64,000 nucleotides of DNA from a virus (taxonomy: Duplodnaviria; Heunggongvirae; Uroviricota; Caudoviricetes): the IMG/VR virus record IMGVR_UViG_3300028591_000077; one strand, 5' to 3'. Position 1 is the first letter of the stretch. Each line of letters begins with the position of its first letter. The position numbers and the translations under genes were made by a program. Under the pieces are notes generated by a model. It made no database searches and was not told the DNA's origin. It saw only the letters and a program-made list of their open reading frames with translations. Of the stretch, positions 7,563 to 14,757 are shown piece after piece.

Positions 7563-7645
7563 GAGCTTATGCTTATTTCAAATGGTTATAGAAGGTTCGA
7601 TTCCTTCACCGTCCGCCAATCCCGGACAGTGATATTAGCTAGGCC
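7563..7645 (+). ncRNA. Bulged-stem element 8: permuted T-arm/acceptor mini-helix with GCCA
   Basis: GAAGG-TTCGATT-CCTTC-ACCGTCC-G-CCA then GGACAGT; GCTTA/TAGGC stem. Confidence 0.75.
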
Positions 7646-7735
7646 AAAAAAATATTTGTAAAAAAATTAAAAAAATATTTACAAAACAAAAAAAGTATTG
7701 TATAATATTTATGTAAGCAAGTTAAGCAAGCTTGC

Positions 7736-8342
7736 TTCGAGTGTTCTTTGAGAAAGGATTTATGTTGAACCATGTGCAGAGGGATTACCTCCTTGCATGG
7801 AAGTTGGCTAAATAACGCGATAAATTGTGGGATACTGCAATGTAAGCTAAGACCTGTATTGAAAGATACGGGTATTCCTGTCAAAACGTGATCATTGACA
7901 GGCTAAGCTGATTGTGCAACATGTTATGGTACACAAAGCAATTCTGTCTAGGCTCGTCCGATAAGAGGCTCTGGGAGCAATCTCATCCCGCCTGTGGAAT
8001 TAAGCCTGAGAAACTTAGTTCCCGGCATCTCAACCTAAGGATAGTGACGTTTTGAAGCGGCGAAAGCCGTGTATAAGAGCTGACAGAAGTACGAGTAGCC
8101 GTATGACGTCGTTCGATCAAGTATAAAATTGAAGAATGTGATTAATTTCTTCCTTGCTGAAGTTCGGTGAAAGTTGGGGGACATCAATTCCCTCTATTGT
8201 TCGGTGCTAGTCACCAATTTGTGAAGACCAAGGTCGCGCCTTGGCTCTCAGCCACAAGTTAATATGTGCGAATATGTGGAATAATAAGTGTTGTAAGATG
8301 AATAAAAGTCTCGCTTAGATCATTTCTCAAAGAATACTCGAA
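7736..8342 (+). ncRNA. About 600-nt structured ncRNA (ROOL-like candidate)
   Basis: 20-bp terminal helix 7736-7755/8323-8342, promoter immediately upstream, many internal hairpins, no ORF. Confidence 0.65.
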
Positions 8343-8393
8343 AAATAAAATGCTAAATTAATTAGACAAATGTGTCAGAAGGAGAGCAAAAGT

Positions 8394-8480
8394 ATGTTAA
8401 GATTAGCTTCTATCAACGTTAAGCCTATTAGCATTCTCAAACCAGTTTGGGAAAATTTTGACATGCTTGTAGCTCAGTAA
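8394..8480 (+). CDS. Leader peptide 3 (28 aa, MLRLASINVKPISILKPVWENFDMLVAQ)
   Basis: AAGGAG RBS after GCTAAATT; I/V/K/P/W-rich core matches the downstream tRNAs. Confidence 0.8.
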   Translation: MLRLASINVKPISILKPVWENFDMLVAQ

Positions 8481-8518
8481 AGACCGTAAGTCCGATTAAA
8501 TCAATTAGACAAAAGATC

Positions 8519-8553
8519 CCCGCAGAGACTACAAGCTCTGCGGGTTTTATTTT
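8519..8553 (+). terminator. Attenuator terminator 3
   Basis: CCCGCAGAG-ACTACAAG-CTCTGCGGG-TTTTATTTT; 8525-8536 pairs with leader 3 end 8465-8475. Confidence 0.85.
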
Positions 8554-8631
8554 CGGGAAGTAGCGTAGCTTGGTTATCGCGCCTGATTTGGGATCAGGAG
8601 ATCAAGGGTTCGAATCCCTTCTTCCCGACCA
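8554..8631 (+). tRNA. tRNA-Pro(TGG)
   Basis: Canonical cloverleaf. Confidence 0.95.
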
Positions 8632-8632
8632 A

Positions 8633-8747
8633 GAGCTCATACTTATTTCTAGCATTGGGAGCCGGTGTTTGCAGGTTCGAGTCCTGCCTCCCCGACCATT
8701 ATCGGGGAGTAGGCAAATTGGTAAAGCCGCTGTTTAATAGTTGAGCC
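8633..8747 (+). ncRNA. Bulged-stem element 9: circularly permuted tRNA-Pro(TGG)
   Basis: 3' half with CCA at 8652-8698, 5' half CGGGGAG+D arm at 8703-8732; GCTCA/TGAGC stem. Confidence 0.9.
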
Positions 8748-8767
8748 TTAAAAAATCTATTATTATA

Positions 8768-8829
8768 GAGCCTATACTTATTTCCGCCAAGAGGCAATTT
8801 CCTTTTAAGAAATCTATGATAGTTAGGCC
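8768..8829 (+). ncRNA. Bulged-stem element 10 with a Lys(TTT) anticodon stem-loop
   Basis: ATTTC-CT TTT AA-GAAAT at 8797-8813. Confidence 0.8.
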
Positions 8830-8835
8830 ATTAAT

Positions 8836-8911
8836 GGGCTCTTAGCTCAGTTGGGAGAGCATCTCCTTGACGTGGAGAGGGTCGTCAGTTCGAGCCTGGC
8901 AGAGCCCACCA
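8836..8911 (+). tRNA. tRNA-Val(GAC)
   Basis: Cloverleaf, CCA. Confidence 0.95.
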
Positions 8912-9011
8912 TTAATAGAGAATATTAGGAGAAGGAAAACTCCATAAACCCTTATAGCTTCGTTCTTAGCCAGACGTAGACTAAGATAGAGTTAAACTAA
9001 TGATACAATAT

Positions 9012-9088
9012 CCGGAGTTAGTTCAGTTTGGTAGAACACTTGATTTGGGATCAAGGGGTCGTGAGTTCGAATCTCACATTTCGGACCA
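9012..9088 (+). tRNA. tRNA-Pro(TGG)
   Basis: Cloverleaf, CCA. Confidence 0.9.
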
Positions 9089-9092
9089 ATAT

Positions 9093-9169
9093 TGGAGCGT
9101 AGCTCAGTCGGTCAGAGCGCTGTGCTGATAACGCAGAGGTCGCCGGTTCGATCCCGGCCGCTCCAACCA
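9093..9169 (+). tRNA. tRNA-Ile(GAT)
   Basis: Cloverleaf, CCA. Confidence 0.95.
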
Positions 9170-9173
9170 ATAT

Positions 9174-9247
9174 AGGGGCTTGGTATAGTGGCCGTGCCTT
9201 GGTCTCCAAAACCAATGAGGTGAGTTCGATTCTTACAGCCCCTGCCA
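9174..9247 (+). tRNA. tRNA-Trp(CCA)
   Basis: A1:U72, G73, loop CT CCA AA. Confidence 0.9.
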
Positions 9248-9252
9248 AACAT

Positions 9253-9329
9253 ACTCCCTTAGCTCAGCTGGCCAGAGCAACTGACTCTTAATCAGTGGGT
9301 CCAGGGTTCGAATCCCTGAGGGAGTACCA
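9253..9329 (+). tRNA. tRNA-Lys(CTT)
   Basis: Cloverleaf, CCA. Confidence 0.95.
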
Positions 9330-9351
9330 ATTTATGAGGAGGTCGATATTA

Positions 9352-9555
9352 ATGAGATTCAATTGTAGAGTAATCTGGGTTGATCCTGTTAAGAATCGTC
9401 GTCAGTTCACAGACGTCGGTCCAAGTTATGCAATCTTCATCGCCAAAAAGAAAGTTAGCGAAGGAATGCAAGACGTAACGATTCAAGTAACTGGCGAAGA
9501 CGGCGACGACCCTTCTGACTGTAGTTGGCCACCAATTGATGCTGAGGTGGCGTAA
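9352..9555 (+). CDS. Hypothetical protein (start revised from the track)
   Basis: AGGAGG RBS before ATG 9352; the longer ORF start overlaps a tRNA. Confidence 0.6.
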   Translation: MRFNCRVIWVDPVKNRRQFTDVGPSYAIFIAKKKVSEGMQDVTIQVTGEDGDDPSDCSWPPIDAEVA

Positions 9556-9589
9556 ATAAACAATAAGCATTAGAAATGGAGAAAAAGCT

Positions 9590-9658
9590 ATGATGAAAAT
9601 GACACTAAAACTCAAATCCAAAAAACTCAAACGTTTTCGTTGTGGCTTAATTGCTTAG
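9590..9658 (+). CDS. Leader peptide 4 (22 aa, MMKMTLKLKSKKLKRFRCGLIA)
   Basis: GGAG RBS; six AAA codons plus CTA, CTC x2, TCC. Confidence 0.8.
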   Translation: MMKMTLKLKSKKLKRFRCGLIA

Positions 9659-9692
9659 GATTCAACGTCATCTTGATTATGAATGTATTGAC

Positions 9693-9728
9693 TGCCGAGG
9701 TAATTAAGCTTATCTCGGCATTTATTAT
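9693..9728 (+). terminator. Attenuator terminator 4
   Basis: TGCCGAG...CTCGGCA-TTTATT; 9698-9709 pairs with leader 4 end 9645-9656. Confidence 0.75.
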
Positions 9729-9803
9729 GCGTCCATAGCCAAGCGGTATGGCAATCGGCTTTTAACCGATGTACCGGGGGTTCGAATCCTCCTGGGCGCA
9801 CCA
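9729..9803 (+). tRNA. tRNA-Lys(TTT)
   Basis: Cloverleaf, CCA. Confidence 0.9.
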
Positions 9804-9807
9804 TAAT

Positions 9808-9886
9808 GCGCGCTTAGCTCAGTTGGTTTTAGAGCATACGACTTTTAATCGTAGGGTCCGGAGTTCGAATCTCCGAGCGCGCACCA
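9808..9886 (+). tRNA. tRNA-Lys(TTT)
   Basis: Cloverleaf, CCA. Confidence 0.95.
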
Positions 9887-10003
9887 ATTAGCTATCTCAT
9901 CTTACAATTACGATACACGTGGCGGACAGGAATCACAAAAAGCGGGTTCTTTTGTAAGATTGGATATATTAATACTGTATAATATATAGAAGGAGTTGCT
10001 AAA

Positions 10004-10183
10004 ATGGAAAAAGAAAAAGTAAATTATTGTTTACCAATTGATTTCCCGATGTATGACATGTGTCATTGTTGTGCTGATTGCGCTACGCTGTGCGCTCGTA
10101 AAAATGCGCCTGTAGAACGTATCTGTACTATGAGTGATTTCAGCTCTATATGCTCTAGTTATACAGCAAAAGAAGAAAAGTAG
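10004..10183 (+). CDS. Small Cys-rich protein (59 aa)
   Basis: AAGGAG RBS, promoter upstream, CHCCADC..C motif; not in the ORF track. Confidence 0.6.
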   Translation: MEKEKVNYCLPIDFPMYDMCHCCADCATLCARKNAPVERICTMSDFSSICSSYTAKEEK

Positions 10184-10184
10184 T

Positions 10185-10529
10185 ATGTTTGACAACGATT
10201 TTGATGATGATTTAGATGAGTTATTGCTTAATGCAAAACCTAAATTGCCTGACCCTTACTTTGACCCAAAATATCCTGAGATTAAAGAGGGTGTTAAGTT
10301 TACACCAATTGAACGCAGTATAGAATATTCTGTCTATACAATCAAAGACGCTCATGCAGTAGACAACAAAGTTAAGGTAAGCGAAGTTATCTATACTTGG
10401 GGCACAGGCTATTATTCAAGGCTAAATAAAACGCCATTTGAATGCGAGCTAGACAGAGACGATTTGTGCAGTTCGCATAGCCCTGCTTGCCAAGGCAAAA
10501 AGAAAACATTTAATTGGAGACAGAACTAG
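10185..10529 (+). CDS. Hypothetical protein
   Basis: ATG directly after the previous stop; 3' end overlaps tRNA-Ser(CGA). Confidence 0.55.
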   Translation: MFDNDFDDDLDELLLNAKPKLPDPYFDPKYPEIKEGVKFTPIERSIEYSVYTIKDAHAVDNKVKVSEVIYTWGTGYYSRLNKTPFECELDRDDLCSSHSPACQGKKKTFNWRQN

Positions 10530-10603
10530 GAGCGGCCTCCTAGCCTGCCTCGAAAGCAGAGTGTTCAGAAATGAATGGGGATCGACACCTCCTGTCTCCG
10601 CCA
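10516..10603 (+). tRNA. tRNA-Ser(CGA), 8/4 acceptor/T-stem type
   Basis: GGAGACAG/CTGTCTCC 8 bp, 4-bp T stem, G73 CCA, long variable arm. Confidence 0.75.
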
Positions 10604-10637
10604 TCATCGAAAACGTCATTGAAGAAAACTTGACGAT

Positions 10638-10725
10638 GGAGGGTAATCCTGGACAGTCTGGGGCACGCCTGGAAAGCGTTGCGTAGGAGTAATCCTATCT
10701 GAGGCGGCATCAGTGCCCTCCGCCA
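10638..10725 (+). tRNA. tRNA-Ser(GGA), 8/4 type
   Basis: GGAGGGTA/TGCCCTCC 8 bp, CTGA/TCAG T stem, G73 CCA. Confidence 0.75.
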
Positions 10726-10734
10726 AATAATTAT

Positions 10735-10818
10735 GCCCGAGTGGTGGAATGGTAGACACGCTGCGCTTAGAACGCAGTGCCGCAAGGTGTGCAGGTTCAA
10801 GTCCTGTCTCGGGTACCA
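10735..10818 (+). tRNA. tRNA-Leu(TAG)
   Basis: Long variable arm, CCA. Confidence 0.95.
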
Positions 10819-10870
10819 TAACCAAATTGGATACTGTTTGTCGAAAGGTAACCAAATTGGATACATATAT

Positions 10871-11261
10871 GGGCTCGTACTGGTTTCGATTGGTATTTGA
10901 TGTTTATAACTACAGCAAGCTGATAACTTACTATCAAACAAAAACAAACGACAAAACTTTAAACCCTGCATTTATTGCCTCCAACAGATTCGTTGGTGCT
11001 CGCGCCTAATTTAAGGCCATAGTAGTCGAGAAGTAAAACTGAGTTAGATTGGTCGAGTTTAACTCTTTATAATCAGACCTCGGTCAAGAGAACATTAGCT
11101 TTATTAGATATCTTGATTTAAATCAATAAATAAGCTATCTGCGCGCCCCGTTGTGTTTGAAAAGGAGCGGACAGAGAAATATTCATGAACACATAAAGCT
11201 GTAATTGACGTTATAGGGGTTTGGTATCAAGACCGGGGTTCGACTCCCCGCGGGTCCACCA
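10871..11261 (+). ncRNA. ssrA: tmRNA
   Basis: GGGCTCG...GGTTTCGA 5' end, G3:U acceptor, T arm and CCA 3' end, tag frame ...KTNDKTLNPAFIASNRFVGARA*. Confidence 0.9.
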
Positions 11262-11266
11262 TATAT

Positions 11267-11353
11267 GCGCGAGTGGCGGAACTGGTAGACGCGCCAGCCT
11301 AAGGAGCTGGTGCCCGAAAGGGCGTGTGGGTTCGAGTCCCACCTTGCGCACCA
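11267..11353 (+). tRNA. tRNA-Leu(AAG)
   Basis: Loop CT AAG GA, long variable arm. Confidence 0.9.
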
Positions 11354-11369
11354 TTATTAGGAGAAAACT

Positions 11370-11672
11370 ATGAATCTTCAAGAATTAATCGAACATGGCT
11401 ATGTAGAAAAAGTTGAAACTGAATCAACTTATTTGGGCGCTGGCTATAAAGTTTATGTAAAATTGCATAATTATTCTATTGGTAGAATTACCATTGACAT
11501 CGGTATTGATGAAAATCTTTCTGATGCGATTACTTTAATTAATAAAATGATTGAAGTTGATGAAGAAATTGGTAAGAATAAAAAGCCAAAAGAAAAGCAT
11601 ACAATCAGAAAAGCAACTGATGAAGAAATAAAAAAACTTCTTGATGATTCAAAACAAGTTTTTAAAGATTAA
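11370..11672 (+). CDS. Hypothetical protein
   Basis: AGGAG RBS, 100 aa. Confidence 0.75.
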   Translation: MNLQELIEHGYVEKVETESTYLGAGYKVYVKLHNYSIGRITIDIGIDENLSDAITLINKMIEVDEEIGKNKKPKEKHTIRKATDEEIKKLLDDSKQVFKD

Positions 11673-11690
11673 TATCGTATATTATTACAT

Positions 11691-11787
11691 AGGGGATTAC
11701 GATAATTGGCAAGTCCGTCGGTCTTCAAAACCGATCAATCCGGCTCCAACCCGGAGAGCGCGGGTTCGATTCCTGCATCCCCTGCCA
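11691..11787 (+). tRNA. UGA-decoding tRNA (anticodon TCA), Trp-like acceptor with long variable arm
   Basis: AGGGGAT/ATCCCCT-G-CCA, TCGGT-CT TCA AA-ACCGA, TCCGG/CCGGA variable stem. Confidence 0.85.
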
Positions 11788-11790
11788 GTA

Positions 11791-11847
11791 GAGCCTATGC
11801 TTATTTCAAAAACATCAGACTGCAACTCCGATTAATGAAGCTAGGCC
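11791..11847 (+). ncRNA. Bulged-stem element 11 with a Cys(GCA) anticodon stem-loop
   Basis: ATCAGA-CT GCA AC-TCCGAT; loop identical to that of tRNA-Cys at 19780. Confidence 0.8.
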
Positions 11848-11872
11848 ATTATTTTTAGAAAGGCGATAATAT

Positions 11873-12541
11873 ATGAATAAAAGAGTAAAAACGTTTCTAT
11901 TTGCAATTTTTGCCGGTATTGCCATTGGCGTCGGCGGATTGCTTTTTATTTTATCAAAAACATATATTCCAGGTAATTGGGGTAATATTGTCGGTTCGTT
12001 GTTATTCCCGGTTGGATTAATTACAATTTGCTATTGTAAATTTAATTTATATACTGGAAAAATTGGCATTGCTCCAAATAAAGGTGTAAATACTAATGAT
12101 TTGAATGTATTTGAGTGGCTAGCTTGGATTCTATTAGGCAATATTGTCGGAGCGTTTGCCTTTGGATTGTTAGTTTATCCATTCACTTTGCTTGGAGGAA
12201 GCTTCGCCGATACCGTCCATGCTATTGGGTTAGCAAGGGAAACCATGGATCCGATTTCAATGGCTGGAACATCTGTCTTATGCGGAATCTTAGTTTATAT
12301 TGCGGTTTATTTCTTCAATAAGTCTGATGAGTACTTCGGCAAAGTCGTCGGTGTCTTGGTTCCTATTGCGTTCTTCGTATTAGCCGGATTTCAGCACTGC
12401 GTTGCCAATATGTTCTATATGGCGGCTTCTGGTAGTTGGACATTGGCGTCTACTCAAGCACTAGTAGGTTGTATCTTAGGTAATTCTTTCGGTGGATTGC
12501 TTGCCAATTTGCCGGTTGTATATTTTAAAGGAGCTAAATAA
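11873..12541 (+). CDS. Formate/nitrite transporter (FNT, FocA/NirC family)
   Basis: FPVGL...LYTG and AGFQHCVANMFY motifs, multiple TM helices. Confidence 0.9.
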   Translation: MNKRVKTFLFAIFAGIAIGVGGLLFILSKTYIPGNWGNIVGSLLFPVGLITICYCKFNLYTGKIGIAPNKGVNTNDLNVFEWLAWILLGNIVGAFAFGLLVYPFTLLGGSFADTVHAIGLARETMDPISMAGTSVLCGILVYIAVYFFNKSDEYFGKVVGVLVPIAFFVLAGFQHCVANMFYMAASGSWTLASTQALVGCILGNSFGGLLANLPVVYFKGAK

Positions 12542-12789
12542 TGCAAAGATTACAAGTAAAGTATTGCAAAGGCGAAAAAGAGCTTAATGACTTCTTAATG
12601 ACCCTTGAGTTAGGTGCTGGAGAAATTAGTAAGCCACGTTTGCAAGCCATCAATTACGTTGCTGAAGTGCAGGGCAGCGGCCAAGAGTATGAAACAGAAA
12701 ATGGCACAAAGTCAACAATCAGCATGGGAAGCACAGTAATTGCAGCAGTTCAATATTTCATCAGTATTCCAGAAGAATCACACGAATAA
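12541..12789 (+). CDS. Hypothetical protein
   Basis: TAATG coupling to the upstream gene. Confidence 0.7.
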   Translation: MQRLQVKYCKGEKELNDFLMTLELGAGEISKPRLQAINYVAEVQGSGQEYETENGTKSTISMGSTVIAAVQYFISIPEESHE

Positions 12790-12827
12790 TGTGTGATTTT
12801 TTTATTTTTAATGTATAATATATAGAT

Positions 12828-13037
12828 ATGCACGAACTATTGGTTGAGATGTTGATTGTCGGTATTATTGGAATAATCAGCATAGGTGCTGGTTTATGGA
12901 TATTACTTAGAAATTGGCATGAGAAAGATTGGGAAAAACTTAGGATATTCTTTGTAGCCGGAGTAATATTCATGACATTTATGACATCGATATTCGAAAT
13001 CATATGGTTTTGTATGTATATCGGCTTACCAGTTTAA
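12828..13037 (+). CDS. Small two-TM membrane protein
   Basis: Two hydrophobic segments, promoter upstream. Confidence 0.6.
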   Translation: MHELLVEMLIVGIIGIISIGAGLWILLRNWHEKDWEKLRIFFVAGVIFMTFMTSIFEIIWFCMYIGLPV

Positions 13038-13051
13038 AGGAGAATGGAATT

Positions 13052-13168
13052 ATGATAACTATATTGGCAGTTTATGGTATCGGACTAGGGATTTTGAACA
13101 TTTTAACCCTTGGAATTCTATTCTATTTGAAATTTGGTCAAAAATTATTGGCTAAATTAAAACGGTAA
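13052..13168 (+). CDS. Small membrane peptide (38 aa)
   Basis: AAGGAG RBS, hydrophobic. Confidence 0.5.
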   Translation: MITILAVYGIGLGILNILTLGILFYLKFGQKLLAKLKR

Positions 13169-13182
13169 AATATTTACCATTA

Positions 13183-13263
13183 CATAGAAAAAAAGCACAA
13201 CCACAGTGATGTGGCGTCGCAAAGCTATAGGGCCTTGGAGGAAGGCAGCCAGTTGCTTCTGTG
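13183..13263 (+). promoter_or_regulatory. c-di-GMP-I (GEMM) riboswitch
   Basis: GCACAA-CCACA GTGA TGTGG-CGTCGCAAAGCTATAGGGCC...GGCAGCCAGTTGC matches the GEMM core; lies in the 5' UTR of the operon. Confidence 0.8.
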
Positions 13264-13305
13264 AGTTAATCATGGAAGTTTTTTATTTATAAGAAGGAGA
13301 AAACT

Positions 13306-13923
13306 ATGAAATTAAGAAACAAATTAGCAGCTATCACAGCTGCAGCAATGTTAGCATTTACTGGCGTTGGTTTTGCTGCATGGACATTTGCTAATGAAAA
13401 ATCAGCTAATGTTGGTGGAGACAATGTTGTTACTTGTGCAGTTGAAACAAAGAACTTAGTTATTGATGAAGGTTATACTAAATTATATTTAATTTTTGAT
13501 GCGCCAGCAGCTGGAACTACTGGTTCATTAAAGGCTGGTGAAGGTATTTTCTTTGCAACAGATAAAGAGCCAGATGCTGAAACCGGATTATATACTAAAG
13601 TTACATCTCTTACATTAACTGGTTCATTTGAACATACAGATAATGATGCTCATTACAACCATGCAGTAAGTTATACTTTTGATTGCACACCTACTAATAC
13701 TTTAAGTGCTACTTATGTAACACAAACAGCTGCTGGAAGCTTCGATGCAAATGTAACAGGAGCAACTTCAACTTTTACAGATGTTTCAACTGTTTACACA
13801 CTTCCAACATTTGATTATACTGCTGCGGTTAAAGCTTACAATCATGCGTCAGAAATGTCTGCTATGATTACTTCTTTAAATGACTCAGAAGTATCATTTG
13901 CATTTACGTTTAATATTGACTAA
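13306..13923 (+). CDS. Secreted protein with SipW-type signal peptide (TasA/camelysin-like)
   Basis: MKLRNK...GVGFAAWTF N-terminus; adjacent to signal peptidase. Confidence 0.6.
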   Translation: MKLRNKLAAITAAAMLAFTGVGFAAWTFANEKSANVGGDNVVTCAVETKNLVIDEGYTKLYLIFDAPAAGTTGSLKAGEGIFFATDKEPDAETGLYTKVTSLTLTGSFEHTDNDAHYNHAVSYTFDCTPTNTLSATYVTQTAAGSFDANVTGATSTFTDVSTVYTLPTFDYTAAVKAYNHASEMSAMITSLNDSEVSFAFTFNID

Positions 13924-13938
13924 TTAAGAGGTTAGTTT

Positions 13939-14757
13939 ATGAATTCAATTACGATTATAACAATAGTCGTAGTTGCACTCTTAACTGTAGTTATCTTTGG
14001 ATTAGCTTGGCTAGGTTATAGCTCTTGTTTAAAAAGCTATAAGATGGAAGTTGACCAAGGAAAGCATGATGCTGAAATATTCAAAGAGTATCATTCAAAA
14101 AAGAAAAACAAAGGAGGACTAATTGGACTTATTGGTTCATACTTAGCCCTCCTTGCTTTATCTGGGCTATTCATAACTGGAATAGTTTATAAAGCTAACG
14201 GTGAAAACTTCACCATCAATAATCAAACTGCCCTTGTGATTAAATCAGGCTCTATGTCTGAATTCTATGATGATGAACTTGCCGAACAATATCAATTACT
14301 ACATTATGATCCATCACTTCAATTTAGTGTAGGAGATATCTGTGTTTTTGAAAAAGTATCAGATGATACTAAGTTAGCTAAGGGTGACGTCTACGGCTAT
14401 AAATATAAAGATATTATTATCACACACAGATTAATAGATGAAACAGAAGACGGATTCTATAGATTTAGGGGCGATAATAATCCAGTTGCAGATCAATTAC
14501 TAATAAAACGAGAAAATATTGTTTATCATTATACTGGTAATAAGGTTCCTGGACTTGGTGCTTTTGTTTTATATGCTCAATCATATTTTGGTATGTGGTC
14601 AATGGCTGGCATTGTAGGCATAACTATTAGCTCTGAAGTGGTCTATCATAAAATAGATAAAATCAATAAAGAGCGTAATGAGCTTCTTGATCCTGGGTTC
14701 AAGTTAGAGCCTCCAAAACAAAAAGAAAGAAAGCGAGGTAAGAAGCATGAAAAGTAA
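13939..14757 (+). CDS. Signal peptidase I, SipW-like (S26)
   Basis: VIKSGSMS, GDI, ITHR, FRGDNN motifs, TM segments. Confidence 0.85.
   Translation: MNSITIITIVVVALLTVVIFGLAWLGYSSCLKSYKMEVDQGKHDAEIFKEYHSKKKNKGGLIGLIGSYLALLALSGLFITGIVYKANGENFTINNQTALVIKSGSMSEFYDDELAEQYQLLHYDPSLQFSVGDICVFEKVSDDTKLAKGDVYGYKYKDIIITHRLIDETEDGFYRFRGDNNPVADQLLIKRENIVYHYTGNKVPGLGAFVLYAQSYFGMWSMAGIVGITISSEVVYHKIDKINKERNELLDPGFKLEPPKQKERKRGKKHEK

Noticed and set aside
10819-10864. 16-nt direct repeat TAACCAAATTGGATAC x2 before tmRNA
   Set aside because: Only two copies; could be an operator or a local duplication, with no further support
11691-11787. Selenocysteine tRNA (selC)
   Set aside because: 7-bp acceptor and weak D stem rather than the 8/5 frame with a long D stem; TGA contexts are Trp-like; no sel genes in the window
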